Assembly: GCF_009914755.1 (NCBI RefSeq)
Contig: NC_060946.1
Source of the DNA: the human T2T-CHM13v2.0 reference genome, Homo sapiens
Direction: 5' to 3' (one strand)
Length of the DNA: 64,000 nt
The notes beneath the pieces were generated by a model. That model did no database searches. It was not told the DNA's origin and saw only the letters and a list, made by a program, of their open reading frames with translations. This document shows positions 1-25,018 of the stretch, one piece after another (within the stretch, counting starts at the first letter, position 1; each line of letters begins with the position of its first letter). A program made the translations under genes and the position numbers.

Positions 1-20
1 ATAGATTATTGTAAAAATCC

Positions 21-665
<645 letters not shown>

Positions 666-694
666 ATTACCTCATGGCTTGCTTTCTTTTCTAG

Positions 695-983
695 GCTCCA
701 CATAAACACGGTTTCCTTGAAGGCCGCCATGCAGAGCTGTGCTTCCTGGACGTGATTCCCTTTTGGAAGCTGGACCTGGACCAGGACTACAGGGTTACCT
801 GCTTCACCTCCTGGAGCCCCTGCTTCAGCTGTGCCCAGGAAATGGCTAAATTCATTTCAAAAAACAAACACGTGAGCCTGTGCATCTTCACTGCCCGCAT
901 CTATGATGATCAAGGAAGATGTCAGGAGGGGCTGCGCACCCTGGCCGAGGCTGGGGCCAAAATTTCAATAATGACATACAGTG
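695..983 (+). CDS. APOBEC3G: APOBEC3G exon 6: catalytic C-terminal Z1 deaminase domain (residues 246-342)
   Basis: ttctag|GCT acceptor and AGTG|gtgaga donor. Translates [19 protein letters not shown]...[12 protein letters not shown]...[13 protein letters not shown]...IMTYS, with HAE (728-736) and PCxxC intact. Codon 275 is CAG (Q). Confidence 0.98.
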
Positions 984-1293
984 GTGAGAATGGAAGCCTG
1001 GAGTAGGATGGGGTCAGCCAGGGCAGGAGAGGGCCCCGGGAAGTTACTAGAAAGTGGGGAGGGTCGGCATCCCTGTGGGAAAGGCCTTGATCCTCTGCCT
1101 GCAGAGGCGATGGCTGCACTCTGGACCTGACTTTGGGGTCGACGGGAAGAGAGAGGCCAGGCCAGGAGATGTGGACCTGGGGAGGGCGGGGAGGGTGGCT
1201 GGAAGTGGAAGCAGAACTTGGGGCTTCCAGAAAAAATGAGAACTGGGCTGGCCCAGATTCCAATAGGAAAGAAGTGCCTGATGAAGGAGCTAA

Positions 1294-2160
<867 letters not shown>

Positions 2161-2945
2161 ATGTTTCCCTGTGTGATTGTATCATGAATTGCAAGTGTTT
2201 CCATAAACACTAGCAAATGTGTAGATGTCTTTCCTTGTGTAGCGGACCTGTAGCCGGGAAAGGTCACACGACATCCCTCTGGAGCCAGAAAACTCAGCTA
2301 AACCTCACAGGAGAGGAACCTAAATGCAGACCCCACCCTCACTCACAGAGCCCCGCCCACTCTCACTCACAGAGCCCCGGGCGCTGATTGGAAGGGACAG
2401 GCCCAGCAGTAAGAGGACAGCCAGCAGCCAGTCTCCCTGTTGGAAAGGAACCACACACGTGCAGTCAGGGGCCCTCGGGAGCAGCCCTGTGTCCACCCCT
2501 TCCTGAGTCCACCTCCTAGAGAGGGAGCCCAGGGAAGGCCATGGCTGAGACCCAGGACAGGCCCAGTCAGGGGAAGGAGCCCAGGGAGCGGGCAGGTGTC
2601 CAGGCTGGGCCCAGAGAGAGGGCTGGGAAGAGGAGCAGCCCAGGAGGCAGAGCCCAGCCACAGAGGGGAGGGGAGCTGAGTCCCAGGGACAGGAGGCTCC
2701 AGAGGCAGAGACGGAGCCCAGGGCTAGGGCGGCAGGTGTCAGGGCTGTGGCTTCAGCTTGGTGTCTGTCCCGGGTGTTCTGCATTGGTTCCCGACTCTGG
2801 GATGTGTTATTTATGTGCCTGATTACAGCAGGTGGCTCCCACCTCACGATTTCTGGAAAGTCCTCAGAAGCTGCGTATAAGACCAAGAAGGGGCCTCACA
2901 CGCAGCTGCTCCTGGGCAGAAACGACTCACTGTTTCCCTGGCCTA

Positions 2946-3108
2946 GACACACACAACACGCACACACAATACTCGCACTACACACAACACACACACAACA
3001 CACACAATACTCACACGACACACAATACACACATACAAGACACACAAAAACACACATGCACGTACACAACACACACAACACACGTGCACACACACACACA
3101 CACACACA
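2946..3108. repeat. Degenerate (CA)n microsatellite
   Basis: CA-rich run ending in pure (CA)n. Confidence 0.95.
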
Positions 3109-4349
3109 GTGACAGAGACTTGACAATAAGAAACCTCCTCCAGGTGCCCCAGAGCTCTCCTGGGATGGGAACTGGACACAGCCCCATGACACTGCTGAGA
3201 CCTGGGCTGGGAACTGAGAGCCTGTGGTCCCTCTGGGCTGTAGGGAGGCGGGCCCCCACAGTGGTGGCAGAGCCGGGACCCCGGACACAGCAGCATGGAC
3301 TCCAAACCCAAGCGGAACCTCCATTCTGGTCCCAGGCTGCACAGCCCAGCACCTGCCCAGGGTCCCTCTGCCCTGCCTTCTCCCTCAATAGTCTGGACCC
3401 CAGCTGCGTGCCTGCCTTGTCCCCCCCTTACAGGGGACCAGGGTGAATCTCAGGTGAAGCCTGCACCTGTGAAGGAGGCCATTCTCCCTGCTCCCATCCC
3501 TGCCACCCACATGGGGAACCAGCTCCTTCTTGTCCCCGGGGACTTTTCCTGGGCTCTGGTGGAAACTCCAGCGGGATATGGGGTCTTACATTTTCCCTCA
3601 ATGTTGCAGAGGCTGAAATGGGGGCGGGGCTGTCACTCCCCAGGAGCTGACCCCTGTCACCTGTGCTTAGAAGTGTCTCCGGGAGGCACAGTGTTTTATC
3701 AGTGTTATCTACAAGCATTTTACAGTGTAGTTTGTTTTTTTTGTTGTTGTTTGTTTTTGTTTTTTTTGAGACAGAGTCTCGCTGTGTCACCCAGGCTGGA
3801 GTGCAGTGGCGCGATCTCAGCTCACTGAAACCTCCGCCTCGCAAGTTCCAGGATTCTCCTGCCTCCACCTCTCGAGTAGCTAGGATTATAGGTGTGCACC
3901 ACCACACCCAGCTAATTTTTGTAGTTTTAGTAAAGATGGGGTTTCACCACTTTGGTCCAGGATGGTCTCAAATTCCTGACCTCAAGCGATCTGCCCGCCT
4001 GACGTCCCAAAGTGCTTGGATTACAGGCGTTAGCCACCGTGCCCAGCCGTGAGTGCTAGTTTTAGATCGGATCCCAGGCCCCAGGCTGTGTCTGTCATGG
4101 GCAATCATGATGAACTTTTGTTGCGCTGTGCTCTGGGAAAAGCTGGACATTTTGCCACCCACTCCACTCCACTCCACGTAGCAAACAAAACAAACCCATC
4201 AGGATCCCAGCATGGAGGGCCATGCAGTCTAATGATGGTTGGACAGACTGGCAGAGGCAGCCCCGAGCTGTTCCTGGGTAAGACCAAGGGAATAAGACCA
4301 TGATTCCGGTCAGTTCTTGGTGAATGTCATCCCCCTACCCCACCCTCAG

Positions 4350-4486
4350 AACAAATACAGATTTTCAAAATCTACCACTTTTTTCTTTCAAATTTTCTAC
4401 CCATGGAAGAATGAATGACCATCCGGAGACAGCAGGGAAGGTTATTGCTTAATCAAGATGCTGGTGTGTTTCAGGGAGCTGGCCAG
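4350..4486 (+). pseudogene. Probable decayed first domain-coding exon of the Z2 APOBEC3 relic
   Basis: C-rich tract then cag|A. Fragments TTFFFQ and TIRRQQGRLLLNQDAGVFQG resemble A3C TFYFQF and A3B/D VKIKRGRSNLLWDTGVFRGQ. Frameshifted, and the donor is unclear. Confidence 0.45.
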
Positions 4487-5613
4487 GGTGGAGTAGGCTT
4501 GTGGCCACGTTCCCTGGGTGGGAAGACTGAGATGGAGGTGGGCGTGGTCCAGGGACTGTCAGGAGCAGGGCTGGGGGAGACGACCTGGCACAGGGCCGTG
4601 CCTGCACACAGAGCAACAACGCCCACCATCAGGTCTGCCCTGTGCCAATCAGAAAATTCTGGACAGAGACTGTGACCCTCTGTGTCACTCTGGGGCAGGG
4701 GGTAATGGTTCCACACACTTCTATGGGGACCTGGAGAGTGGAGACCAGAGCACTGGTGGGCAGGCAGGCGAGCCTGGGTCTAAGAGCCCACTGTGCCTGC
4801 CACTGTCCCGTACCTCGGCACGTCACCTCCCCTGAAACCTCTCTTTACTCATCTGTAAAGTGGGGGCAATTATACCTCCCTCTCAACTGTGCACTTGGAG
4901 GGCAGTGAGGGCTGGATTTGGGACAGACCTGGTACGCACCAGGCGTTGGGCAAGTCTGAGTCTCCTCCTCTCCCTGAGTCAAGCTGCCTGACGTGATGGC
5001 AGTCTTCCTGCCCACAAGTTCTGGTCCAGCCCCTCCACCCAGGAAGCCCTCGGGGAGGTGATGCCACCGGCAGCGCTGTGGTTTTGGCACCCACAGGCAT
5101 AGGATGGGCTGCCGTGGAAGGTGCCTGCTGTCCCTCAGGGTCTGTACCTCAGCCACCCTCCAGGGTGGGGCCCTATCCTCCTCCCACTGCCTTCTCCGGC
5201 CCTCACCACCCCGGGCAGGCACTGCTTCCCAGAGAGCCACCCGGGTCAGGAGTAAAGTGGCCTCTGTGGTCAAAGTCTGAAAAAGTTGCCCCCACACCTG
5301 CCTAACGGTGCACAGGGCTTTCTGGGGGGGTAGGGAGGAGGCAGGCAAGACTCTGGCACCTTTTCTGAGTCACATCCCTTCTACCGGGGCCCTGAGCCTG
5401 CAGGACGGAAGGATGTGGCCTTGCCTGTCAGAGGGTTCTGAGAACACGGAAGGCTCCTGAGTCCTCGAAGGGCATCCTCAGTGGGAGAGTGGCCCTGAGC
5501 AGAGAGGAGCGTAAGGGGCAAGGCACACCCCTTGAGAGGTCGGTGTCAGCAGCAAGCCCGTTTGCCTGTAGACATCTGTCTCCACTCTTTATTTATACAT
5601 ATTTTTTGAGTAA

Positions 5614-5721
<108 letters not shown>

Positions 5722-5757
5722 TGAGACTTCAGGCGTGCGTCACCACACCCAGCTAAT

Positions 5758-5794
<37 letters not shown>

Positions 5795-5942
5795 TGTTTA
5801 GTAGGGATGGGGTTTTTCCATGTTGCCCCAGCTGGTCTTGAACTTCTAGGCTCAGGCAATCCTCCTGCCTCAGCCTCCCGAGGTGCTGGGATCACAGGTG
5901 TGAGCCGCCACTGGCAGGCATCTCCTCAACTTGACATTGCAG

Positions 5943-6214
5943 TGAGAAAGGGCAAAAGTAGCCGGTCTCACAGAGCAGACATGTGCTTCCCGTCCTGACC
6001 TGCAACGTGCTGCCTCCTTACAAGTGCTACCAGATCACCTGGTTCATATCCCGGAGCCCCAGCCCGGACCATGTGGTGAAAGTGGCCGAGTACAACAAAG
6101 TGAAGCTGAGCATCTTCATTGCCCGCCTCTACCACGACTGTGACCCGGGATTCCAGCACGGGCTTCGCAGACTGCAGGACACAGAGGCACGCGTGCACAT
6201 CATGTCTTCTAAGG
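5943..6214 (+). pseudogene. Z2-type APOBEC3 pseudo-exon (zinc-binding exon)
   Basis: HRADMCFPS* then a frameshift to CNVLPPYKCYQITWFISRSPSPDHVVKVAE----YNKVKLSIFIARLYHDCDPGFQHGLRRLQDTEARVHIMSSK. Aligns with A3B/D/F N-terminal domain [41 protein letters not shown]...ARLYY...ARVTIM. Phase-1 donor AAGG|gtgaga. The 5' boundary is approximate. Confidence 0.9.
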
Positions 6215-6425
6215 GTGAGAGGTTGGGGCCTGAGGGGTGTGTGTGGGGGAGGGACAGCATGAGGGGCAGGGGAGTCTGGGATGCCATTGGGACGATGTCC
6301 CAGGAGAGCCTGCAGGGACTGAGCCAGCACTGACAGCCAGGAGATCACACCTAGGAGGGGCAGGCCCAGGGTCAGGGGAGAGAGGTCTGCCGGGCCTGAC
6401 TTCTTTCTCCCCTCTTTTATCTCAG

Positions 6426-6530
6426 AATTTGAACACTGTTGAGAAGACTGTGTACAAGAGAGATGTGCCATGTCAGCCTTGCAAGGGACAGCGTGAAAAC
6501 TACCCATCTCCGGTCACCAAGTTGCAGGGT
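6426..6530 (+). pseudogene. Z2-type APOBEC3 pseudo-exon (domain-terminal exon)
   Basis: Pyrimidine tract then ctcag|AA TTT GAA CAC TGT TGA (EFEHC*), frameshifting to VYKRDVPCQPCKGQRENYPSPVTKLQ. Homologous to the EF.CW..FV....PF.PW.GL..N exon; compare A3G exon 7 in this window. Confidence 0.85.
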
Positions 6531-6892
6531 AGCCTCACAGCTGATGCCCTCGCTCCTCTCGGCTCCTGCTCAGCCTCCTGATGCCTTCCCTCTGTCCTGG
6601 ATCAGATTCACCCCTGCCTGGGCCTTCTGAGCTGCTCCTGCCCTGAGTACCACCCCTCAGTGCCCCCCACCTCACTGCCTCTTCCCCACTTTCCTGACCC
6701 TGCCTGTGAGAGGCTGCTTTCTGCCTCCATAGCAACCTCTATCCACCCCCCAGTCTCCTTCCTCCCATCCTGGGGGCCCCTAGCCTGGCTCCTTCCATCT
6801 CCTCATCATACCTAAATCTTGTCATTGAACTGATATAAATAGGTAGTAGAAATATACATAAGTGTGAAAGTTAAGTTTTGAGAAACACCTTT

Positions 6893-11409
<4,517 letters not shown>

Positions 11410-11630
11410 TTTGTTCTTTTGTAAACTATACCTGGGGAGGGAGTTGAGTCTGGCTGTACCTGGAGAGGGAATTGGGGGTGGGAGGATGGGAGGTGAGCCA
11501 CCTCCATCAGACTTCCCCTGCCAAGCCCGAGGAAATAGAGAAAGAAAGGAGCCTGAGGGATCTGAAGCACCCCAGGGCCCTCCCACTCCAGTCCCACAAA
11601 AGGAAGAGGGTGGAGCCACCCTCATCAAGC

Positions 11631-11700
11631 AGTGACTTTTTGTGACTTTTGGGAGAGCTGACCTTTTGTGACTTTTGGGAGAGCTGCCAAAAGTGAAACT
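11631..11700 (+). promoter_or_regulatory. APOBEC3H: APOBEC3H promoter/TSS region with a 26-bp tandem duplication and an IRF/ISRE-like element (AAAAGTGAAACT, 11689-11700)
   Basis: Motif matches the IRF consensus AAANNGAAA and lies in the upstream part of non-coding exon 1. Confidence 0.7.
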
Positions 11701-11762
11701 TAGTGCCTCAGACAAGCAGGGGCAAGTCTGCTAAGGAAGCTGTGGCCAGAAGCACAGATCAG
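11640..11762 (+). other. APOBEC3H: APOBEC3H non-coding exon 1 (5' end approximate)
   Basis: Ends CACAGATCAG|gtactg like other A3 exon-1 donors; contains no ATG. Confidence 0.8.
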
Positions 11763-13358
11763 GTACTGCCGCCCACTCTGTCCACTGGGCCCTCTGCTGC
11801 CACTTCCTGCCTGGCAGCCCTTCTGTGCCTCAGCCCTGGCCTCCCGCTGCCCCAGCCCCAGCCCTGGGCTCCTTCTCCTCTGGCTCCCCTGCCATCCCCA
11901 CTCCCACCCAGGCTCTTTGCCCTGCTGTGTGGTCACCCCACTGCTGCTTCTGAACGGGCCGCCTCCCCGGCCTGCACCAGCCCAAGACCCCTGCTGAGAC
12001 TCTCCCCTAAGAGTCATGGCTGGGCTAGTGCTCCCCACCTTGGGAGGGTGCTCTCTCTGTGTGCTTCCTGCCATTCCTGGGCTCTGGAACTGGGAGAACT
12101 GAACTAAAGGATGATGGGAGCAATCTGGAATTTTGTTCACAGTGCTTTGATGAACTTTGTGTAAGATTACTTTGTTTCAATACAAAGTCTTAGGAGAGGG
12201 TGTGGGGAGGCAATGATCTCTGAAGCACAAGGCAAATCATCTCTTCCAAGGATGTCTCCACTGTGGGCAGAGGAGGATGCAGATGACCCTGAACACACAC
12301 TCCTCCTCCATGATCAGTATTCACATTCACCGTTTATAATGACACCAGTAACACGGAATATACGGAAAAACTCAATGATCAGGAGAAATGCTTTTATTTT
12401 AAAATTTAGGAAGAAGAGAGCCTGGTTCCCAAAGGCTCCCTCCTGCAGGGCCCGTGATGCAGAGGCTGGCAGGGCTGGCCAGGAAAGTGGCCCAGCTCCA
12501 TGGCCTGGGCAGGTTACCCCACCTCTCTGCACCTCTGGCCCCTCCTCTGTAAGATGAGAATGGCCCCTGCAGGCCTAGGGCAGCCTCACGTGAGCTCAGA
12601 TCCTCTCAGCACTTAGAAGAGTGGCCTGGGCCTGGGGATGGAAGTGCTACCCTGATTTTTTGTTTCGTTTTGTTTTTTTGAGAAGGGGTGTCTCAGTCTG
12701 TTGCCCAGGCTGGAGCGCAATCTCGGCTCACTACAAGCTCCACCTCCTGGGTTCACGCCATTTTCCTGCCTGGCCAGGCAAAATGGCTCATGCCTGTAAT
12801 CCCAACACTTTGGGAAGCTGAGAGGGGAGGATCATCACTAAAGGCCAGGAGTTCCAAACCAGCCTGGGCAACACAGGGAGACCCCCTTATCTACTAAAAC
12901 TAAAAAAATAAAATAAAATAACATGAATAGGTAAAATGCCAGGAATTAATTGAACTGAAATATTAAGAGCTCTTATTTTGAAGGGGAGAATTTTATTCAC
13001 TTTTCTTATTTTTAATGGGTTAGAGGATGGGTGGCAGAAATACTGGGAGGATGGGAGATCCATCCCTGGAAAGACCAGAGCTAGGGCCCTGAGCTGGGAG
13101 AGGTCACCCCGGCCCTGCTGCCCCTGCCAGCATCTCCTTCTCTTCTCCTCTCCCTGGTCTTCCTGCTTGGGAAAGCTGCAGAAATTCTCAGGACTTGGAG
13201 GCTTGAAATGCTCAGGGGTTTTCCAGAAAGCAGAATAGAAAGTAGATGGGCAACCATCAATCAGACAGGCCAAAGAAAAGGAGCTCAGGCCCTCGGGGAG
13301 ACAGGAGGTGAGCGCATGGGTCACAATCCTGGCGGGGCGCGGTGGCTCACGCCTATAA

Positions 13359-13475
<117 letters not shown>

Positions 13476-13529
13476 TGAAGGAGGGCGCTTGTAATTCCAG
13501 CTACTTGGGAGGCTGAGGCAGGAGAATTA

Positions 13530-13682
<153 letters not shown>

Positions 13683-14269
13683 TCACAATTCAGGAGAGCA
13701 AAATCTATGTAATTTCTTCAGCCAAAAATGTGTCACAACACTCCCTTGGTGACAACAGCTTTTCTGTTCACTCAACTGTGTTCTGTGCAGACAAACTTGT
13801 CAAACACACACCTGAGCAAAGAGCACAGTGCTGGAGGAAGCCCCAGTTTCCACCCCATCACTCCCCAAGGGGAAGGGTTCTGGTATTGGACATGTAGGGG
13901 TCGAGAGGCCTGTGGACCTCAAGGAAGGGGTGTCCAACTGCAGCTGGAAAGAGGGATCTGGGACTCAGGCCAGAGGCGTGTGAGCAGCTCAGAGCAGGTC
14001 TGAGCCCAGGGGAGCCAGAAAGGCACACCCACAGTTCTCAGGCAGGGGATCCCCACCCAACCCAGGAAGAATAGTGACGAGGTCGGGGCATCCCCATGCA
14101 AAGAGCCTCAGCTGTGGGCAGCAGCCGGTGCCCTCCCAGGTGGGAGGATGGGAGATAGCAGACAAGGTGGGAGGGAGCACTCCCCTCCTCCTGCCCTCCT
14201 GCCAGCCCTTCCTTCCCCTGCTCCACTGCAGTCCTCCTGGCCAACAACTAAAGGGGAGACCCTCCCTCA

Positions 14270-14847
<578 letters not shown>

Positions 14848-15655
14848 GTGCCACACGGGCTCTCTGGGCACAGGGCCGGCAGGGGCTAACCCCATCTGAT
14901 GTGTGCAGAAAATACATGAAATGCCTGCCTATAAATTTCTCAATTTTTGATGTAACACCCTCTGTGTTTTCGTAACCCTTGGTGCCTGCCTGGGTTTTGG
15001 CTTAGCTGGATCTGAGTGGCCCAGTTTCCCTAGGACACTCCCATTCTTTCCCGTCCCCGGACCTCTGAAGAGGCCAGCCCTTCTGTAGAATGCTCCTTCT
15101 GCCCCTCTCATTTACTCATTCTCCCGATCTCAGCTCAGTCACTATTTCGGGAAAGCCAAGGTGCCGTGCCACGGTCCGAGTGCAACTCCATCACACCCCT
15201 GTCCTCTCCGCTCTATTGCCAGCCCCTACCTGCCCTGCCTCTCCGCCTCCCCGCCCCCCGCCCCGGCTCTCACCTGCTCTTTAGGATCATCCCGGGTTGG
15301 ACACAGCCTCCTAGGTGGGTGTCCAAAGGCAGGGTCCACAGAGCTTCGGGACTGGGGCGTGGAGGTGTTGTCTCCTCCTCTGGACACAGGGATCTTTGTC
15401 CAATTTACAGAAAGATGTGGAAGTCCTGGGACAGATGAATTAACACACGGGTGCGTGAGTGCAGGGCTGTATAAACCAGGGAAGGCAGGAAGCGGGTGCT
15501 TGCCCTGCACTAGGCCAGGCCACGCACTAGAAAGTTCACCGGACAGACCCCTCTGCCCCCCCATCCCCGCCCCCGTCCCGGCCCCCGCCCCCAGTCACAT
15601 GACTCCTGGCCTCTCTCTTCTCCCCTCCCTTCTCTCTGTTTGGGACCCTCCCCAG

Positions 15656-15923
15656 AAAAAGTGCCATGCAGAAATTTGCTTTATTAACGAGATCAAGTCC
15701 ATGGGACTGGACGAAACGCAGTGCTACCAAGTCACCTGTTACCTCACGTGGAGCCCCTGCTCCTCCTGTGCCTGGGAGCTGGTTGACTTCATCAAGGCTC
15801 ACGACCATCTGAACCTGCGCATCTTCGCCTCCCGCCTGTACTACCACTGGTGCAAGCCCCAGCAGGACGGGCTGCGGCTTCTGTGTGGATCCCAGGTCCC
15901 GGTGGAGGTCATGGGCTTCCCAG
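15656..15923 (+). CDS. APOBEC3H: APOBEC3H exon 3 (Z3 zinc motif HAE...TWSPCSSC)
   Basis: cccag|AAA AAG TGC CAT GCA GAA; R105 CGC at 15818; D121 GAC at 15866; CCAG|gtagga donor. Confidence 0.98.
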
Positions 15924-16274
15924 GTAGGAAAGAGGCTTTGCAGTTATAAGAGTGCAAACCCCCGGGGGCACAGGCTTGGCAGGGGCTGGGGGTTGGGGGT
16001 TGGGGGTTGGAGGAGGTTGGCGGGGGGCGGGGGCGGGTTGGAGGAGGTTGGCGGGGGGTGGGGGGGTGGCGGGGAGCGGGGGGTCTGTGGGAGGCCAGGA
16101 AGGAAGGATTGTGGCTCAGTCAAGGCCCAAGATCTGACACCACCCGGGAGGGAGAATTCCCCGGACAGAGCAATGTCCAGGGAGAGGAAGAGAAGAGAGG
16201 GGAAAGGAAGCAAGAGCTCCTGGCACTGCAGCTGCTGCCCCTGGGGCCTGGCTGGTTTCCCTCTTCCCTCTCAG

Positions 16275-17868
<1,594 letters not shown>

Positions 17869-18030
17869 CTAAGATGCTCTTGTCACCTCCGTGTTTTTCT
17901 CCAGGCCTTCTTGGCCCTTCTGGTGCCAGTTCTTTTCTCTTCCTAATGATCTCATCCTCACCTCTCCCTCCCTTCCTCCCTGTGGTGTCTCACCAGTTGG
18001 TACCTCCTAACTTCTCTCTTTCCCTCTCAG

Positions 18031-18039
18031 CAGTCCTGA
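18031..18039 (+). CDS. APOBEC3H: APOBEC3H exon 5 coding part: NAGNAG acceptor giving SV183 (QS-stop) or SV182 (S-stop)
   Basis: ctaac branch-like site, pyrimidine tract, ctcag|cag|TCC TGA. Confidence 0.93.
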   Translation, partial: QS

Positions 18040-18325
18040 AGTGTGGATGTTTTAGAGAATGACTTAAGAAGTTTGCAGCTTGGACCCGTATCCCACTCAC
18101 TATCAAGAAGCAACTCAAGATGACTTTCCCTGGGGCATGTCAGTTGCCTCATAGCCTGCTGGTCCTGTAAGCAAGCACTAAGCTCCACAGTGCCAGTTCC
18201 TTGCCCCAACCTGGCCCCATCCAAGTACAGAAGACCTTTCTTTCCTCCTTTTTCCATATTGCTTTCTGTTCTAAGTGGGTGAATAATTTTATAATTGAAA
18301 AAATAAAGATAAAGTCTGTAAATCC
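18040..18325 (+). terminator. APOBEC3H: APOBEC3H 3' UTR, AATAAA at 18302-18307
   Basis: Canonical hexamer about 260 nt after the stop, immediately before an Alu array. Confidence 0.8.
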
Positions 18326-18463
18326 AGCCGGGTACGGTGGCTCACGCCTGTAATCCTAGCACTTTGGGAGGCTGAGATGCTCGGCCAATAAATTTCTATT
18401 GTTTATGAATCACCCAGTCTGTGGTATTTTGTTATAGGACATATGGACTAAGATACTGAGTTA

Positions 18464-18781
<318 letters not shown>

Positions 18782-18784
18782 TCA

Positions 18785-24367
<5,583 letters not shown>

Positions 24368-24722
24368 CTGTACCGAGCTTAATACCTGGGTGATGAATTA
24401 ATCTGTACAAAAACCCCCATGTCACAAGTTCATTGTCGATAAAAAGAGTAAAACTCTGTAAAATATTTGAAGAGATTTATTCTGAGCATAATATGAGTGA
24501 CCATGGCCCATGACACAGCCCTCAGGAGGTCCTAAGAACATGCGCCCAGAGTGGTCAGGGCGCAGATTGGTTTTATGCATTTCGGGAAGGAATGAGACAT
24601 CAATCAAATACATTTGAGAAATACATTGGGCTGGACGCGGTGGCTCACGCCTGTAATCCCAGCACTCTGGAGGGCTGAGGCGGGTGGATCACAAGGTCAG
24701 GAGATCGAGATGATCCTGGCTA

Positions 24723-24969
<247 letters not shown>

Positions 24970-25018
24970 TCAAAGGTAGGAGGGCTTCCAGGCTATGATA
25001 AATTTAAACATTTTCTGG

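Noticed and set aside
2832-3446. His/Thr-rich and Cys/Val-rich ORFs
   Set aside because: Translations of the CA/TG microsatellite.
5983-6333. 116-aa ORF as a functional deaminase
   Set aside because: Non-ATG start, HxE out of frame and mutated, both zinc cysteines lost, and the ORF runs into intron.
5996-6442. Two TGG-to-TGA stops as evidence that the relic was hypermutated by APOBEC3 itself
   Set aside because: Only two events, in an intron-containing genomic copy with no cDNA stage; indistinguishable from ordinary transitions.
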